Below, piece by piece: positions 1 to 9,674 of a stretch of DNA of 64,000 nucleotides. The stretch comes from Eubacteriales bacterium (GTDB lineage: Bacteria > Bacillota > Clostridia > Oscillospirales > CAG-382). The first letter of the stretch is position 1. Each line of letters starts with the position of its first letter. Where the stretch lies: contig JAZQFS010000016.1 in assembly GCA_045539625.1 (NCBI GenBank), positions 2,971 to 66,970 of the forward strand, given 5' to 3'. The notes under the pieces are model-generated. The model searched no databases. It was not told where the DNA came from and saw only the letters and a list, made by a program, of their open reading frames with translations. The position numbers and the translations under genes are program-made.

Positions 1-1356
1 AACTCCTACAGCCTTAAGGAAACGGTGGATATTCTCAAAAAAGCAGGCTTTGAGGCTCTGTCAGACAGCTATGTCACCCATAACGATAAAAACGAAACAG
101 CCTACGGCTTTATCAGAGAGCTGTTTAAATTGACGGCACTGTCGGAAGATGAAAAAGCCTTTCTTCGCCATATGTCGCTGACTTCGGACCGAGGTGTGCC
201 GAACGGTGCTTTCAGGGATTGGAACGGCGACCTTTTCAAGCTGTGCCGTACAAGGCTTATCAAAAAGCGGCTTTTGTGCTATGACAGCGATACCGATATG
301 CTTTTTCTTCACCCCATAATAGGGCAGGTGGTACTGGGTGAGCTTGATGTTACGTATGACAACTGCCGTGAATTTCTTAATGCCTTTACAAAGGATATTG
401 ACGACCTTAATTATTCCAACTTTTCAATCGGCAAGAAAAAAGCTGTTGGTTGGTGCGGACTTAAAATAATGAGTGTTCTCGGTCTAACAAAGAAAACTTT
501 TCGTGCGGTTTTTGAGTCGGGCAAGGCTGTTTTTTCAATAATGAGCATACCCGAGGGGCTGTCCTTCCGTCTTGGGCTTTATGAGTTTGCCGAGGCAAAT
601 TTCGGACAAGATTCGGTGCAGGCTTGTATGACCTCAATACAGACGGCAAACGCCTATATGGAATACGGCGACTATGAAAAAGCACTGTATATGCAAAAGA
701 AAAACCTTGCCTACCTGGAAAATGAGGCAGACAAGGAGCACGTTCTGTATTATGATTTGCTTGAAAGATGTGCCGACCAGCTTGGATACATATATATGAG
801 AATGGGAAAGCCGAAAGGCGACAAAGAGGCACTTTGCGAGGCTGAAAAGTATTTCCTTACGGGATATGAAGCGGCGGATAAAATAAAGGTGTCACAACAG
901 CACAGGGAGGACCTTATACTTTTCAAGCACGCAACACCCGTTCTCGGTCTTTGCAGTCTTTACTTTGAGCAGGGAAAGCTTGACTTGCTGAAGGAAAAAA
1001 TTGCACAGTTTGAAATTATTATCGACACCCTTAAGGGCAAAGGGTATTTTATGGAGTATGACACCTCTTACCTTTGTGTACTGAAGGGCAAATACAGTAT
1101 GCTTACAAAGGATTACGTAAAAGCGGAAGAGGAATTTGAAAGTGCAATAGGGTACAGGCTAAAAAAACATACAAATATATCAACCACCGTTATGGAGTGT
1201 TATCTTCAGCTTGCCATATGCCGTAGAGAGCTTGGCAAAGCATCACTTGAAAAGGAAAATCTTATAAGTGCTCTTGAAATAGCGCAAAAGCTTTATACAC
1301 CCTCACATTCTGTTTTCGTGCAGATAAACGAGCGCCTGTCCCGATTGGAAAAGTAA
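1..1356 (+). CDS. TPR-repeat protein, probably the C-terminal part of a STAND/NB-ARC-like ATPase (5' end outside the window)
   Basis: Frame 1 is open from nt 1, with no stop before the GTG at 25. A winged-helix-like stretch (LSEDEKAFLRHMSL...LFLHPIIGQVV) is followed by degenerate helical 34-aa repeats (ANAYMEYGDYEKALYMQKKNL, LCSLYFEQGKLDLLKE, ECYLQLAICRRELGK). Confidence 0.5.
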   Translation, partial: NSYSLKETVDILKKAGFEALSDSYVTHNDKNETAYGFIRELFKLTALSEDEKAFLRHMSLTSDRGVPNGAFRDWNGDLFKLCRTRLIKKRLLCYDSDTDMLFLHPIIGQVVLGELDVTYDNCREFLNAFTKDIDDLNYSNFSIGKKKAVGWCGLKIMSVLGLTKKTFRAVFESGKAVFSIMSIPEGLSFRLGLYEFAEANFGQDSVQACMTSIQTANAYMEYGDYEKALYMQKKNLAYLENEADKEHVLYYDLLERCADQLGYIYMRMGKPKGDKEALCEAEKYFLTGYEAADKIKVSQQHREDLILFKHATPVLGLCSLYFEQGKLDLLKEKIAQFEIIIDTLKGKGYFMEYDTSYLCVLKGKYSMLTKDYVKAEEEFESAIGYRLKKHTNISTTVMECYLQLAICRRELGKASLEKENLISALEIAQKLYTPSHSVFVQINERLSRLEK

Positions 1357-1366
1357 ATACTTTTTT

Positions 1367-1403
1367 ACGGCTGTCCGTTTTTTTCGGACGGCTGTATTTT
1401 TTT
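1367..1403 (+). terminator. intrinsic terminator
   Basis: ACGGCTGTCCG / TTTTTTT loop / CGGACGGCTGT followed by ATTTTTTT. Confidence 0.75.
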
Positions 1404-1462
1404 CGGAGAAAAATCCTTCTTGCCGTATACAGTAGTGTAAAACAAAACAGGAGGACGGCAAA

Positions 1463-4400
1463 ATGAAGGATATATTTGATTACGGCGATGAGCTTAAGAG
1501 CATCGATCCCTTTGGCGATATTTTTGACGACGACGGCAATTTCAAGGACAAAATTTGTGATGAAGATGACACAGACAACGAAGAAAAAGCACTTGATGTG
1601 TTAAGAAATCTTCCTCTGCCCGCTTTACATTCAACCTCTCGGGAGCAGTTCAAGTCCCGCGGTCTTATTCCAAAATTCAATGATGAAGACGACCTTCTTG
1701 ACAGACACGGATTGTTTGAATACACACATTTTTGCGGCTATGTAACAGAGAAAAGCGTTGATTTTTCTTGTGCCGTATATTTTAAAATCCGTACCGATGA
1801 TTGCAAAACACAGACTGTACGCACCTCTTCTCTTACCGAGCTTCAGGTGAAAAAGGCAAACAGCCGTGAAAAAATCCACGTAATCGCAAATAAAAGAAGC
1901 GGTGTTTATATTGCAAAAATCATATGCACCCACGCTTTTTATAAAATGTTCTCTCTTATTGAGGGCAATGCAGAAAAGCTGTCGGCAATGAGCCGCTTTT
2001 TAAGACTTGACAAGGACGTGCGAAAAAACATAGAAACTCGTCTGGGTGAAAAAAAGTACAGCCTTGTTGATGAAAAAAACAGTGTTGCAGTTACCGACAA
2101 GGATATCCTCAGACTTAAGTACGATATGTGCAGAAACACCTTTACACCCTCTCAGCAAAGAGAAATTGACACTCTTTTCTCACAGAGAAGCGGTATAAGA
2201 AGCAAGGTTGACAAAAAGCTTGAGTATATTCTCAACATTTCATCTGTTTACCACGGCAGAAAAAAGGTGGACAGAAAAAAGCTTATGGCAGCCCTTGACT
2301 CAAAGCTTTACAAGATGGATAAGGTGAAAAACAAGCTTTGCGACTGCATTACCTCATCTTATCACACAGGCAAAAGAGGCTTTCGCATACTTCTTGCAGG
2401 CTCATCGGGCACAGGCAAGACAACAATTGCAAAGGCTGTTGCACAGGGCTGCGGTCTGCCATTTGACGTTATCAATTTAAACGGCGTTATGAGTGCTATT
2501 GACATAAAAGGCATCGATGCTTCCTATGACAGTGCAGATTGCGGAAAGCTTGTAAAAAGCTTTTACGGCATGAGAACAACGGAAGGAGTGGTTGTCCTTG
2601 ACGAAATCGACAAGATGGGCACAGGGGGTAAGGACGGCAATCCTGCCGATGCACTTCTTGACTGCCTTTCCGACCACAACAGCTGTTACGATGCCTTTCT
2701 TGAAATGGCGCTTGATACCACAAATACCGTGTTTATTGCAACGGCAAACTCCACAGAGAACATTCCCGACTACCTTCTCAACCGCTTTGATGTAATACAT
2801 ATTGACGATTACACAGACGAAGAAAAGTGCGACATCGGCGAAAAGTATTTTGTACCCGAAATTCTCTGTGCCTACAAAGTGAAAAAGGGCGAAATTGTCT
2901 TTACAGGACAGGCACTTGAAAAAACGGTAAGCCGCTATTGCAGTGACAGAGGCGTGAGAATGTTAAAGGAAAACATCAGAACGGTAGTGCGTAAAATACT
3001 TGTTATGTGGGACGAGTGCGGCAAAAGAGCAAAGATGACGGTAACTGAACGGTTTATAGAGGACGTGCTTGAAGGTTTATATGACGAAAACGACGTGTTC
3101 CTGCGCTTTGCACGTAATAAGGACCGTCTTGATGACGGTGTGCGTACAGAAATCAGAAGAACGCTTGACGAGCTTAATGTGATGGGAAAAACAGCTTCGG
3201 AAAAGGAAAAAATCAAAAAAAGAGCAGGCTATCTCACCTCGCTCATTCCCGACAGATGCGGCTTTGACAGCTTTGACAGAGAAAGATATTTTGCTTCCGT
3301 CAACGCAACCCACTACGGTCTTGACAGCGTGAAGGAACAGGTTTCAAGACTTATGTGTGCAAAGGCTTTGTCCAAAAACACAAAGCTTTCCTCCTGCCGT
3401 ATTCTTCTTGCAGGTCCTGCAGGAACAGGCAAGAGCACCATCTGCAAGAGCATAGCTGACGGTCTGGGTATTCCCTATATCAAAATCTCCCTTGGCGGAG
3501 TAGGAGACGAGGCGGTAATAAAGGGCTTTTCTCCCACCTATGTTGATGCAGATGCAGGTGAAATCGTAAAGGGACTTTCCCGAGCAGGCACAACAAACGC
3601 ACTTATCCAGCTTGACGAAATCGACAAAACAGGCTCACGCCACGGTGTCAACGCAGGCAATGCACTGCTTGATTTACTTGACAACTGCAACGGCTTTGCC
3701 GACAGATTTTTGGGCGTGCCCATAGACCTTTCGGACGTGCTGTTTGTGGCAACGGCAAACGATATTTCAAATATGGAGAGCTGGCTTTGTGACCGCTTTG
3801 ACATAATTCACATTGACGGCTACACAAAAAACGAGAAAAAGCACATTCTTACCCGATGCATTATTCCTTCACTTTGCCGTAATATGTCGGATGACTCGCT
3901 GAAGATCACCGTCACAGACAAGGCATCAGAGCTTCTTGTGTCACGCTACTGCACCTCAATGGGTGTAAGAGACCTTGAAAAGGCGGCACGCAGAATTGTC
4001 ACCGACAAGCTGTATAACGGTGCTTGCGGCAGTATTGAAATTGACGAAGAAGATGTTGTTTCCTCGCTTGGAGCACTGCCTATACAGAGAGGCAACCTTG
4101 TTTCTCAGGCTGTCCCCGGTTTTTCAAAGGCTCTTGCGGTTTCAGGTGCAAACAGCGGCATGGCGTTTTCCGTTGAAACGGTTATCACTCCCGACGAGGG
4201 TGCAACAACGGTAACGGGACTTCCCAAGGAAAGCACCCTTGACAGCGTGAAAATCGCAAAGACATATGTAAGGCTTAACTATATGAAAAACAAGCGTGAT
4301 TTCGGCTTGCACCTTCATTTCGGAGAGGGTGCTGTGGTAAAGGACGGTCCTTCGGCAGGTACGGCAATAGCAATTTCCATACTGTCTGCGGTAAGCGGCA

Positions 4401-4651
4401 AGGCGGTATGTGTCAATGCCGCATACACAGGCGAGATTGACCTTTTCGGCAATGTTTTTGCAATAGGAGGAGCACTTGCCAAGATTCAGGCAGCGGAAAT
4501 GTCAGGCTGCAGCAAGGTATTCATTCCCCGTGACAACTATGAAAGGCTGTCAGAAAAGGAGCTTGAAGGTTTTACGGTTGAGGTTGTTCCCGTAAGTCAC
4601 ATTTCGCAGATAATCGGCGAGGTTTTGCCTGAGGTAGAAAAGGAAATATAA
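1463..4651 (+). CDS. Lon-family protease with two tandem LonA-type AAA+ modules and an acidic N-terminal region of unknown type
   Basis: Two full modules are present. Each has a pre-AAA helix (LYKMDKVKNKL; HYGLDSVKEQV), Walker A (GSSGTGKTT; GPAGTGKST), Walker B (VVVLDEIDKMG; LIQLDEIDKTG) and an Arg-finger region (LLNRFDVIHI; LCDRFDIIHI). The C-terminal Lon protease domain has DGPSAGTAIA (Ser) and GGALAKIQAA (Lys). RBS AGGAGG lies upstream of the ATG. Confidence 0.8.
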   Translation: MKDIFDYGDELKSIDPFGDIFDDDGNFKDKICDEDDTDNEEKALDVLRNLPLPALHSTSREQFKSRGLIPKFNDEDDLLDRHGLFEYTHFCGYVTEKSVDFSCAVYFKIRTDDCKTQTVRTSSLTELQVKKANSREKIHVIANKRSGVYIAKIICTHAFYKMFSLIEGNAEKLSAMSRFLRLDKDVRKNIETRLGEKKYSLVDEKNSVAVTDKDILRLKYDMCRNTFTPSQQREIDTLFSQRSGIRSKVDKKLEYILNISSVYHGRKKVDRKKLMAALDSKLYKMDKVKNKLCDCITSSYHTGKRGFRILLAGSSGTGKTTIAKAVAQGCGLPFDVINLNGVMSAIDIKGIDASYDSADCGKLVKSFYGMRTTEGVVVLDEIDKMGTGGKDGNPADALLDCLSDHNSCYDAFLEMALDTTNTVFIATANSTENIPDYLLNRFDVIHIDDYTDEEKCDIGEKYFVPEILCAYKVKKGEIVFTGQALEKTVSRYCSDRGVRMLKENIRTVVRKILVMWDECGKRAKMTVTERFIEDVLEGLYDENDVFLRFARNKDRLDDGVRTEIRRTLDELNVMGKTASEKEKIKKRAGYLTSLIPDRCGFDSFDRERYFASVNATHYGLDSVKEQVSRLMCAKALSKNTKLSSCRILLAGPAGTGKSTICKSIADGLGIPYIKISLGGVGDEAVIKGFSPTYVDADAGEIVKGLSRAGTTNALIQLDEIDKTGSRHGVNAGNALLDLLDNCNGFADRFLGVPIDLSDVLFVATANDISNMESWLCDRFDIIHIDGYTKNEKKHILTRCIIPSLCRNMSDDSLKITVTDKASELLVSRYCTSMGVRDLEKAARRIVTDKLYNGACGSIEIDEEDVVSSLGALPIQRGNLVSQAVPGFSKALAVSGANSGMAFSVETVITPDEGATTVTGLPKESTLDSVKIAKTYVRLNYMKNKRDFGLHLHFGEGAVVKDGPSAGTAIAISILSAVSGKAVCVNAAYTGEIDLFGNVFAIGGALAKIQAAEMSGCSKVFIPRDNYERLSEKELEGFTVEVVPVSHISQIIGEVLPEVEKEI

Positions 4652-4676
4652 CACAGTGTAAGGCTGAAAGCATAAA

Positions 4677-4703
4677 AAGGCTGTCCCACTCGGAGACAGC
4701 CTT
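4677..4703. terminator. hairpin between convergent genes (bidirectional terminator)
   Basis: AAGGCTGTC...GACAGCCTT stem between the Lon-like stop (4651) and the mutase stop (4722). Confidence 0.55.
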
Positions 4704-4721
4704 CCTCGTTCATATTCAATT

Positions 4722-6137
4722 TTAAAGCTTAAGAAGCGTTTTCCACGCATCAATATATCCCTGTGCAGCTTCGGCACACTTGCCTTCCGCAAAGATACGT
4801 AAAAGGGGCTCTGTTCCGCTGAAACGGCAGATTACAAAGGAGGAGTCGGTAAAGTAAACCTTGCAGCCGTCCTCGTAGCTTACCTTTTGAATGTTCTTGC
4901 CGAAGTCGGGAAGCTTCTTTTCAACCATAACGGTGTTAAGAATACTTTGTTTTGCTTCGGGCGCAAAGCCGAGGTTTGATTCAACCATAACGAAATCGCC
5001 GTACTTTTCACGAAGCATTGTGAGCAGCTCCTTGGGAGTCTTTCCTGTTTTGCTGAGCATTTCAACGAAAAGTGTTGCCGCATATACGCTGTCCTTGCCG
5101 TAAATGTGACCTCTTACCGTAAGACCGCCGCTGGATTCACCGCCCAGAATTGCATCAGCCTCGTCAAGCTTTGAGGAAATGTACTTGAAGCCTACAGGCA
5201 CTTCATGGCAAACCTCTCCAACGTCCTCTGCGATTTTGTCAAGCATATGTGTTGTGGCAAGATTTCTTACAACAGGTCCCTTCCAGCCCTTGACCTCGTG
5301 GAGATACCAGTAGAGCATACAAAGGATTTCGTTGGCATCAATGTAGTTGCCCTCGCTGTCGATAATACCCAGTCTGTCGCCGTCGCCGTCAACGCCGATA
5401 CCAAGGTCATAGCCGCCTGCCACAACTTTGTCGGCAAGACCTTTAAGTGTCTTTTCGGTGGGGGCGGGCATTGAGCCGCCGAAGTATGCGTCCTTTGAGC
5501 TGTTGATGATGTCTACCGTACAGCGTGCCGTGTGAAGCACTACCATAAGAGGATAGGTTGCTGAGCCGTGCATGGGGTCAAAGAGAATACGCAGACCGCG
5601 GTTTCTTATAGCCTTGACATCGCTGAGAGCGAGAATGTCGTCAATAAAATCGTTGAAGGGGTTTTCAAGGTAGCGGATAATTCCCTTTTCAACGCCCTGT
5701 GCAAAGTCAATTGACTTTACGTTTTCGCTTTTTACTGCGTTGATGTACTCTTCAAGCTCGCCCGTAACCTCAAGGGAAGCATCTCTGCCTTCCTCGATAA
5801 TGATTTTAATACCGTTGTAGTTTGAGGGGTTGTGGGAAGCGGTAACCTCCATACCGAAGAAAAGACCGTTCTTCTTTACATAGTGCATAACAAAGGGCGT
5901 GGGTGCACTTCGGTGCAACGTTATAACCTCAATGCCGTTTGCGCCAAGTACCTCTGAAAGCCATATTGCGGCGTTGTCCGAAAGAAAACGTCTGTCAAAG
6001 CCGATGATTACGGGCTTGTTTGCAAGATTTTTCTTCTTTGCGTAGTTGCAAAAGCCCTGTGCAAAGGCACGGATATTGTCATAGTTGAAGTCTTTACCTG
6101 TTTCTGCTCTCCAACCGCCTGTACCGAATTTAATCAT
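4722..6137 (-). CDS. alpha-D-phosphohexomutase (phosphoglucomutase/phosphomannomutase family)
   Basis: Active-site loop TASHNPSNYNGIK, metal loop GVDGDGDRLG, sugar loop GGESSGG. Confidence 0.85.
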   Translation of the reverse strand: MIKFGTGGWRAETGKDFNYDNIRAFAQGFCNYAKKKNLANKPVIIGFDRRFLSDNAAIWLSEVLGANGIEVITLHRSAPTPFVMHYVKKNGLFFGMEVTASHNPSNYNGIKIIIEEGRDASLEVTGELEEYINAVKSENVKSIDFAQGVEKGIIRYLENPFNDFIDDILALSDVKAIRNRGLRILFDPMHGSATYPLMVVLHTARCTVDIINSSKDAYFGGSMPAPTEKTLKGLADKVVAGGYDLGIGVDGDGDRLGIIDSEGNYIDANEILCMLYWYLHEVKGWKGPVVRNLATTHMLDKIAEDVGEVCHEVPVGFKYISSKLDEADAILGGESSGGLTVRGHIYGKDSVYAATLFVEMLSKTGKTPKELLTMLREKYGDFVMVESNLGFAPEAKQSILNTVMVEKKLPDFGKNIQKVSYEDGCKVYFTDSSFVICRFSGTEPLLRIFAEGKCAEAAQGYIDAWKTLLKL

Positions 6138-6342
6138 TATGCGTCACTCCTTGTTTGTGAAAATCTTTTTGAGACTACATTGTACAGTATATCTTTTTCT
6201 TTGTCAATAGAAATTCGGGTATAAAAGCAATATTTTTATATTTTTTCGCAATATTTAGCTTTTTTGAGCATTTTTATTGCTTTGTTCCATATCGGCATTT
6301 TATAACGCAAAGGCGAAATTGCCTGCGGCCGCATAAAAAAGT

Positions 6343-6373
6343 AAAAAAATACCGAGGCGTAAATCCCCGGTAT
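6343..6373 (-). terminator. intrinsic terminator downstream of the P-II-like gene
   Basis: On the minus strand, ATACCGGGG...CCTCGGTAT stem followed by TTTTTTT. Confidence 0.5.
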
Positions 6374-6386
6374 CAAAAGAAAAATA

Positions 6387-7091
6387 TCAGTCTTCTCTGT
6401 CAATGCCTATTACATTGTCAAGAGGAAGCGAAACAATAAGTCCCTTTGCCTCGCTGTGCATACCGCACTTTGAGCTTATTTCCTGCATAATGTCAAGACG
6501 CTTTTCGTCGTCGGCAACAATGAAAATCATATCCTTTTCGTCCTGAATGGTTGTGCCCCAGAAGCCGATTGCCTTTTCGTTAACAATGCTTCGGCTGGGC
6601 ACTACCGTTCCGCCGCCTGCACCTGCCTTGCGTGCTGCCTCCATAACGCTTTCGCTGTAGCCCTGATTAACTACTGCGGCTATTAAATAATACTGTGTCT
6701 CGGTCATCTGTATATTCACCTTCCTTTGTTCACATTTGTCAGTTCCGTCATCAAAGCCATCAAACATTTTTACTATAAGGCAGTTGGCATTTTTCAGCGG
6801 AAGCGTAAATGCTATACCGCTGTTTACCGTACCCAGCTTAAGCTCTTTTTTCAGCTTTTTCAGCATGGCATCGGCAACTTCCTTCGGCATATAGCTAAAC
6901 AGTACTACCTTGTCGGGATTGCCAAGCCCCAGAATGTCTATCATTTCGCTGGGTGCCGTTCCTACTGCCGTACATTCATATTGCAGGGGAATGTTGTCAA
7001 GTATGAACATTTCCGCCGCCTTGTCAGCAAGCTTTGGCGTGGTAATTGATACCAGCACTCTGAATGCTGACTGCTTTTCGTTTGTATTCAT
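6387..7091 (-). CDS. protein with two P-II-like (ferredoxin-like) domains
   Basis: The second half (YYLIAAVVNQGYSESVMEAARKAGAGGGTVVPSRS...KDMIFIVADDEK) resembles the GlnB/P-II fold signature. It sits 3 nt downstream of the DUF1538-type membrane gene. Confidence 0.45.
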   Translation of the reverse strand: MNTNEKQSAFRVLVSITTPKLADKAAEMFILDNIPLQYECTAVGTAPSEMIDILGLGNPDKVVLFSYMPKEVADAMLKKLKKELKLGTVNSGIAFTLPLKNANCLIVKMFDGFDDGTDKCEQRKVNIQMTETQYYLIAAVVNQGYSESVMEAARKAGAGGGTVVPSRSIVNEKAIGFWGTTIQDEKDMIFIVADDEKRLDIMQEISSKCGMHSEAKGLIVSLPLDNVIGIDRED

Positions 7092-7094
7092 ATT

Positions 7095-8624
7095 TTACTC
7101 CTCCGTAAATTCCAAGATGGTGTCGCTGTCGTCGGGTATAAAGGTTTCTTGCGGGGTTGCTGTCTTTATCTGCTTTGCAAGCTTGAATCTGTAGCTCAGT
7201 CCCATTATCTGTATTGCAATAAGAGGAGTCAGCGCAACAAGTGCAACAACACCGAAGGCATCTGTCATAAGATTTCCTCCCACAGCCGTGCAGGCACCTA
7301 TACAGAAGGGAAGCAAGAAGGTGCTGGTCATGGGACCTGATGCAACTCCGCCTGAGTCAAAGGCAATACCTACAAAAATCTGAGGCACAAATCTTGACAT
7401 AACAAGTGCTATAATATACCCCGGAATTATGATGTAATGAATGGGAAGACCTGTGAGAATACGCAGCATTGCAAGTCCCACGCTGACAGAAACGCCCACA
7501 GACAGGGCAAAATTCATGGATTTGCTTGAAATAGCACCCTTTGTAACAGTTTGCACCTGATGGTTGAGTATCTGTATTGCGGGCTCTGCTTTTACAATAA
7601 AGTAACCGATAAGCATACTTATGGGAATCAGCAGCCACTTGAAGTTTGCATCAACTATTTTTTCTCCCAGCATCGAGCCGATAGGCGCAAAGCCCACGTT
7701 TACTCCGCACAGAAACAGTACAAGACCTATGTATGTGTAGATAAAGCCCACGCTCATTCTAAGCACCTGAATTTTGTGAAATCTTCGGCGTATAAGCTGA
7801 AACAGCAGGAACACTCCCGCTATAGGCATAAGCGAAATAAACACTTCCTTTGCGTAGTGAGGAATTTCTTTTATGAAAACCCTCATAACGTCACGCATTG
7901 TGTAAACTTTTGCAATTTCCGTGGAGGAAGCCAAAGCTTCGTCGGGGGCATAGAAGCAGCCCAGAAGCATTACCGCAAGTATGGGGCCTATGCTTGAAAG
8001 TGCCACAAGACCGAAGGAGTCCTTGGAAGCGTCCTTGTCGCCTCTCATGGCAGAAAGACCGATACCCATTGCCATTATAAAGGGAACTGTCATGGGACCT
8101 GTTGTAACTCCGCCCGAGTCAAAGGCAACTGCAAGGAAATTGTCAGGCACAAAGAATGACAGAATAAGCACTGCCGCATATAAAACCATCAGCATTACCG
8201 AAAGGTTTATTTTAAGGATAATACGTATTACCGCCATTACAAGAAACAGCCCCACGCCTATTGCCACCGTCCATATAAGCGTGGCATTTGGAACAGAGGG
8301 CACCTGATTTGACAGTACCTGAAGGTCAGGCTCTGCAACGGTAATAAGAAGTCCCATCACAAAGCTTATGATTATAATGACCAGTGTGTTGTTGGATTTA
8401 CTGATATCCGTACCTATTCCTTCACCCAGCGGACTCATTGCCGTGTCGGCACCAAGCTGGAACATACCCATACCGAACACAAGCAAAACCGTACTTACAA
8501 GGAATATCATCATATTTCCCACGTCCAGCGGTACAAGAATGATACTCAATGCCAGTACAATTGCCGCCACAGGCAGAACGGATATCAAGGATTCCCAAAC
8601 CTTCTCTTTGAAAATCTTGTTCAT
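7095..8624 (-). CDS. polytopic membrane protein with an internal duplication (DUF1538-like)
   Basis: About 12 hydrophobic helices. The motif FDSGGVTTGPMTVPF is duplicated as FDSGGVASGPMTSTF. The ATG at 8624 (MNKIFKEK) has a GGGAGG RBS, whereas the longer ORF-track start at 8699 lacks one. Confidence 0.6.
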   Translation of the reverse strand: MNKIFKEKVWESLISVLPVAAIVLALSIILVPLDVGNMMIFLVSTVLLVFGMGMFQLGADTAMSPLGEGIGTDISKSNNTLVIIIISFVMGLLITVAEPDLQVLSNQVPSVPNATLIWTVAIGVGLFLVMAVIRIILKINLSVMLMVLYAAVLILSFFVPDNFLAVAFDSGGVTTGPMTVPFIMAMGIGLSAMRGDKDASKDSFGLVALSSIGPILAVMLLGCFYAPDEALASSTEIAKVYTMRDVMRVFIKEIPHYAKEVFISLMPIAGVFLLFQLIRRRFHKIQVLRMSVGFIYTYIGLVLFLCGVNVGFAPIGSMLGEKIVDANFKWLLIPISMLIGYFIVKAEPAIQILNHQVQTVTKGAISSKSMNFALSVGVSVSVGLAMLRILTGLPIHYIIIPGYIIALVMSRFVPQIFVGIAFDSGGVASGPMTSTFLLPFCIGACTAVGGNLMTDAFGVVALVALTPLIAIQIMGLSYRFKLAKQIKTATPQETFIPDDSDTILEFTEE

Positions 8625-8815
8625 TTGCCTTAGCCTCCCGAAGTGCATTACACTTACCTGTATTATAATTATTGTAGCATATACTTTGAGAATAGTCAAA
8701 GGTCTTTTTATCTCAGCGGCTGAATGTTTACAAAAATGATTGATGCTGTTAATTATTGATGTAAAAGGCTGTGATAAAATAACCTCGGAATGACGATACG
8801 GGAAGGAGATGCTCT

Positions 8816-9580
8816 ATGCTGCTTGCAATTGACATAGGCAACACCAATATTGCCCTTGGCGGATTTGAAGAGGACGAGCTTCTGTTTGTTGCACGTATAA
8901 GCACAGATGCTTCCAAAACTGCTGACGAGTACGCCGAAAAAATCACGGGCACGCTGTCGATGTATAACAAGGACAGCCTTAAAATCACAGGTGCCATTAT
9001 CTCATCTGTAGTGCCTCCTTTGAACAGCATAATCACAAGTGCGGTAAAATTCATTTACGGAGTTGAGCCCGTTATTGTGGCTCCCGGGGTAAAAACAGGA
9101 ATAAACATTCATTGCGACAACCCGTCGTCTGTTGGCTCTGACCTTATATGTGCCTGCGTTGCCTGTGCAAAGCTTTATTCAAGTCCCGCAATTATTGTGG
9201 ATATGGGTACGGCTACAAAAATTATGGCAACCGACAAAAACGGCGCTTTTATAGGTGTTTCCATTATGGCAGGCATCACGATGGGACTTAATGCGCTGAA
9301 CGAAAGAACGGCACAGCTTCCTCTTGTCAGCCTTGAAGCTCCCGAAAATGTTATCGGCAAGAATACCGCCGACTGTATGAAAAGCGGCGTCATCTTCGGC
9401 AACGCTTCCATGATTGACGGAATGATTGACAGGTTTTATGAGCAGATTGGCAAAGCTGTTCCCGTCTATGCAACGGGCGGACTTGCACCTGTGATAATCC
9501 CTCACTGCAGGCACGAAATTACTCTTGATGAGCATATGGTGCTCAAAGGACTTAACATAATTTACAAAAAGAACAGTTAA
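8816..9580 (+). CDS. coaX: type III pantothenate kinase
   Basis: N-terminal MLLAIDIGNTNIALG (ASKHA phosphate-1 motif), DMGTATK, YATGGLA; 254 aa. Confidence 0.9.
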   Translation: MLLAIDIGNTNIALGGFEEDELLFVARISTDASKTADEYAEKITGTLSMYNKDSLKITGAIISSVVPPLNSIITSAVKFIYGVEPVIVAPGVKTGINIHCDNPSSVGSDLICACVACAKLYSSPAIIVDMGTATKIMATDKNGAFIGVSIMAGITMGLNALNERTAQLPLVSLEAPENVIGKNTADCMKSGVIFGNASMIDGMIDRFYEQIGKAVPVYATGGLAPVIIPHCRHEITLDEHMVLKGLNIIYKKNS

Positions 9581-9674
9581 AGGTTGTTGTATACTTCCGT
9601 CTGCTTAGGGCGGTTGATATAAAATTTTTATGCGTTGTACCTCATATGAGGACGACAGCAAGGAGGAATTTTTA

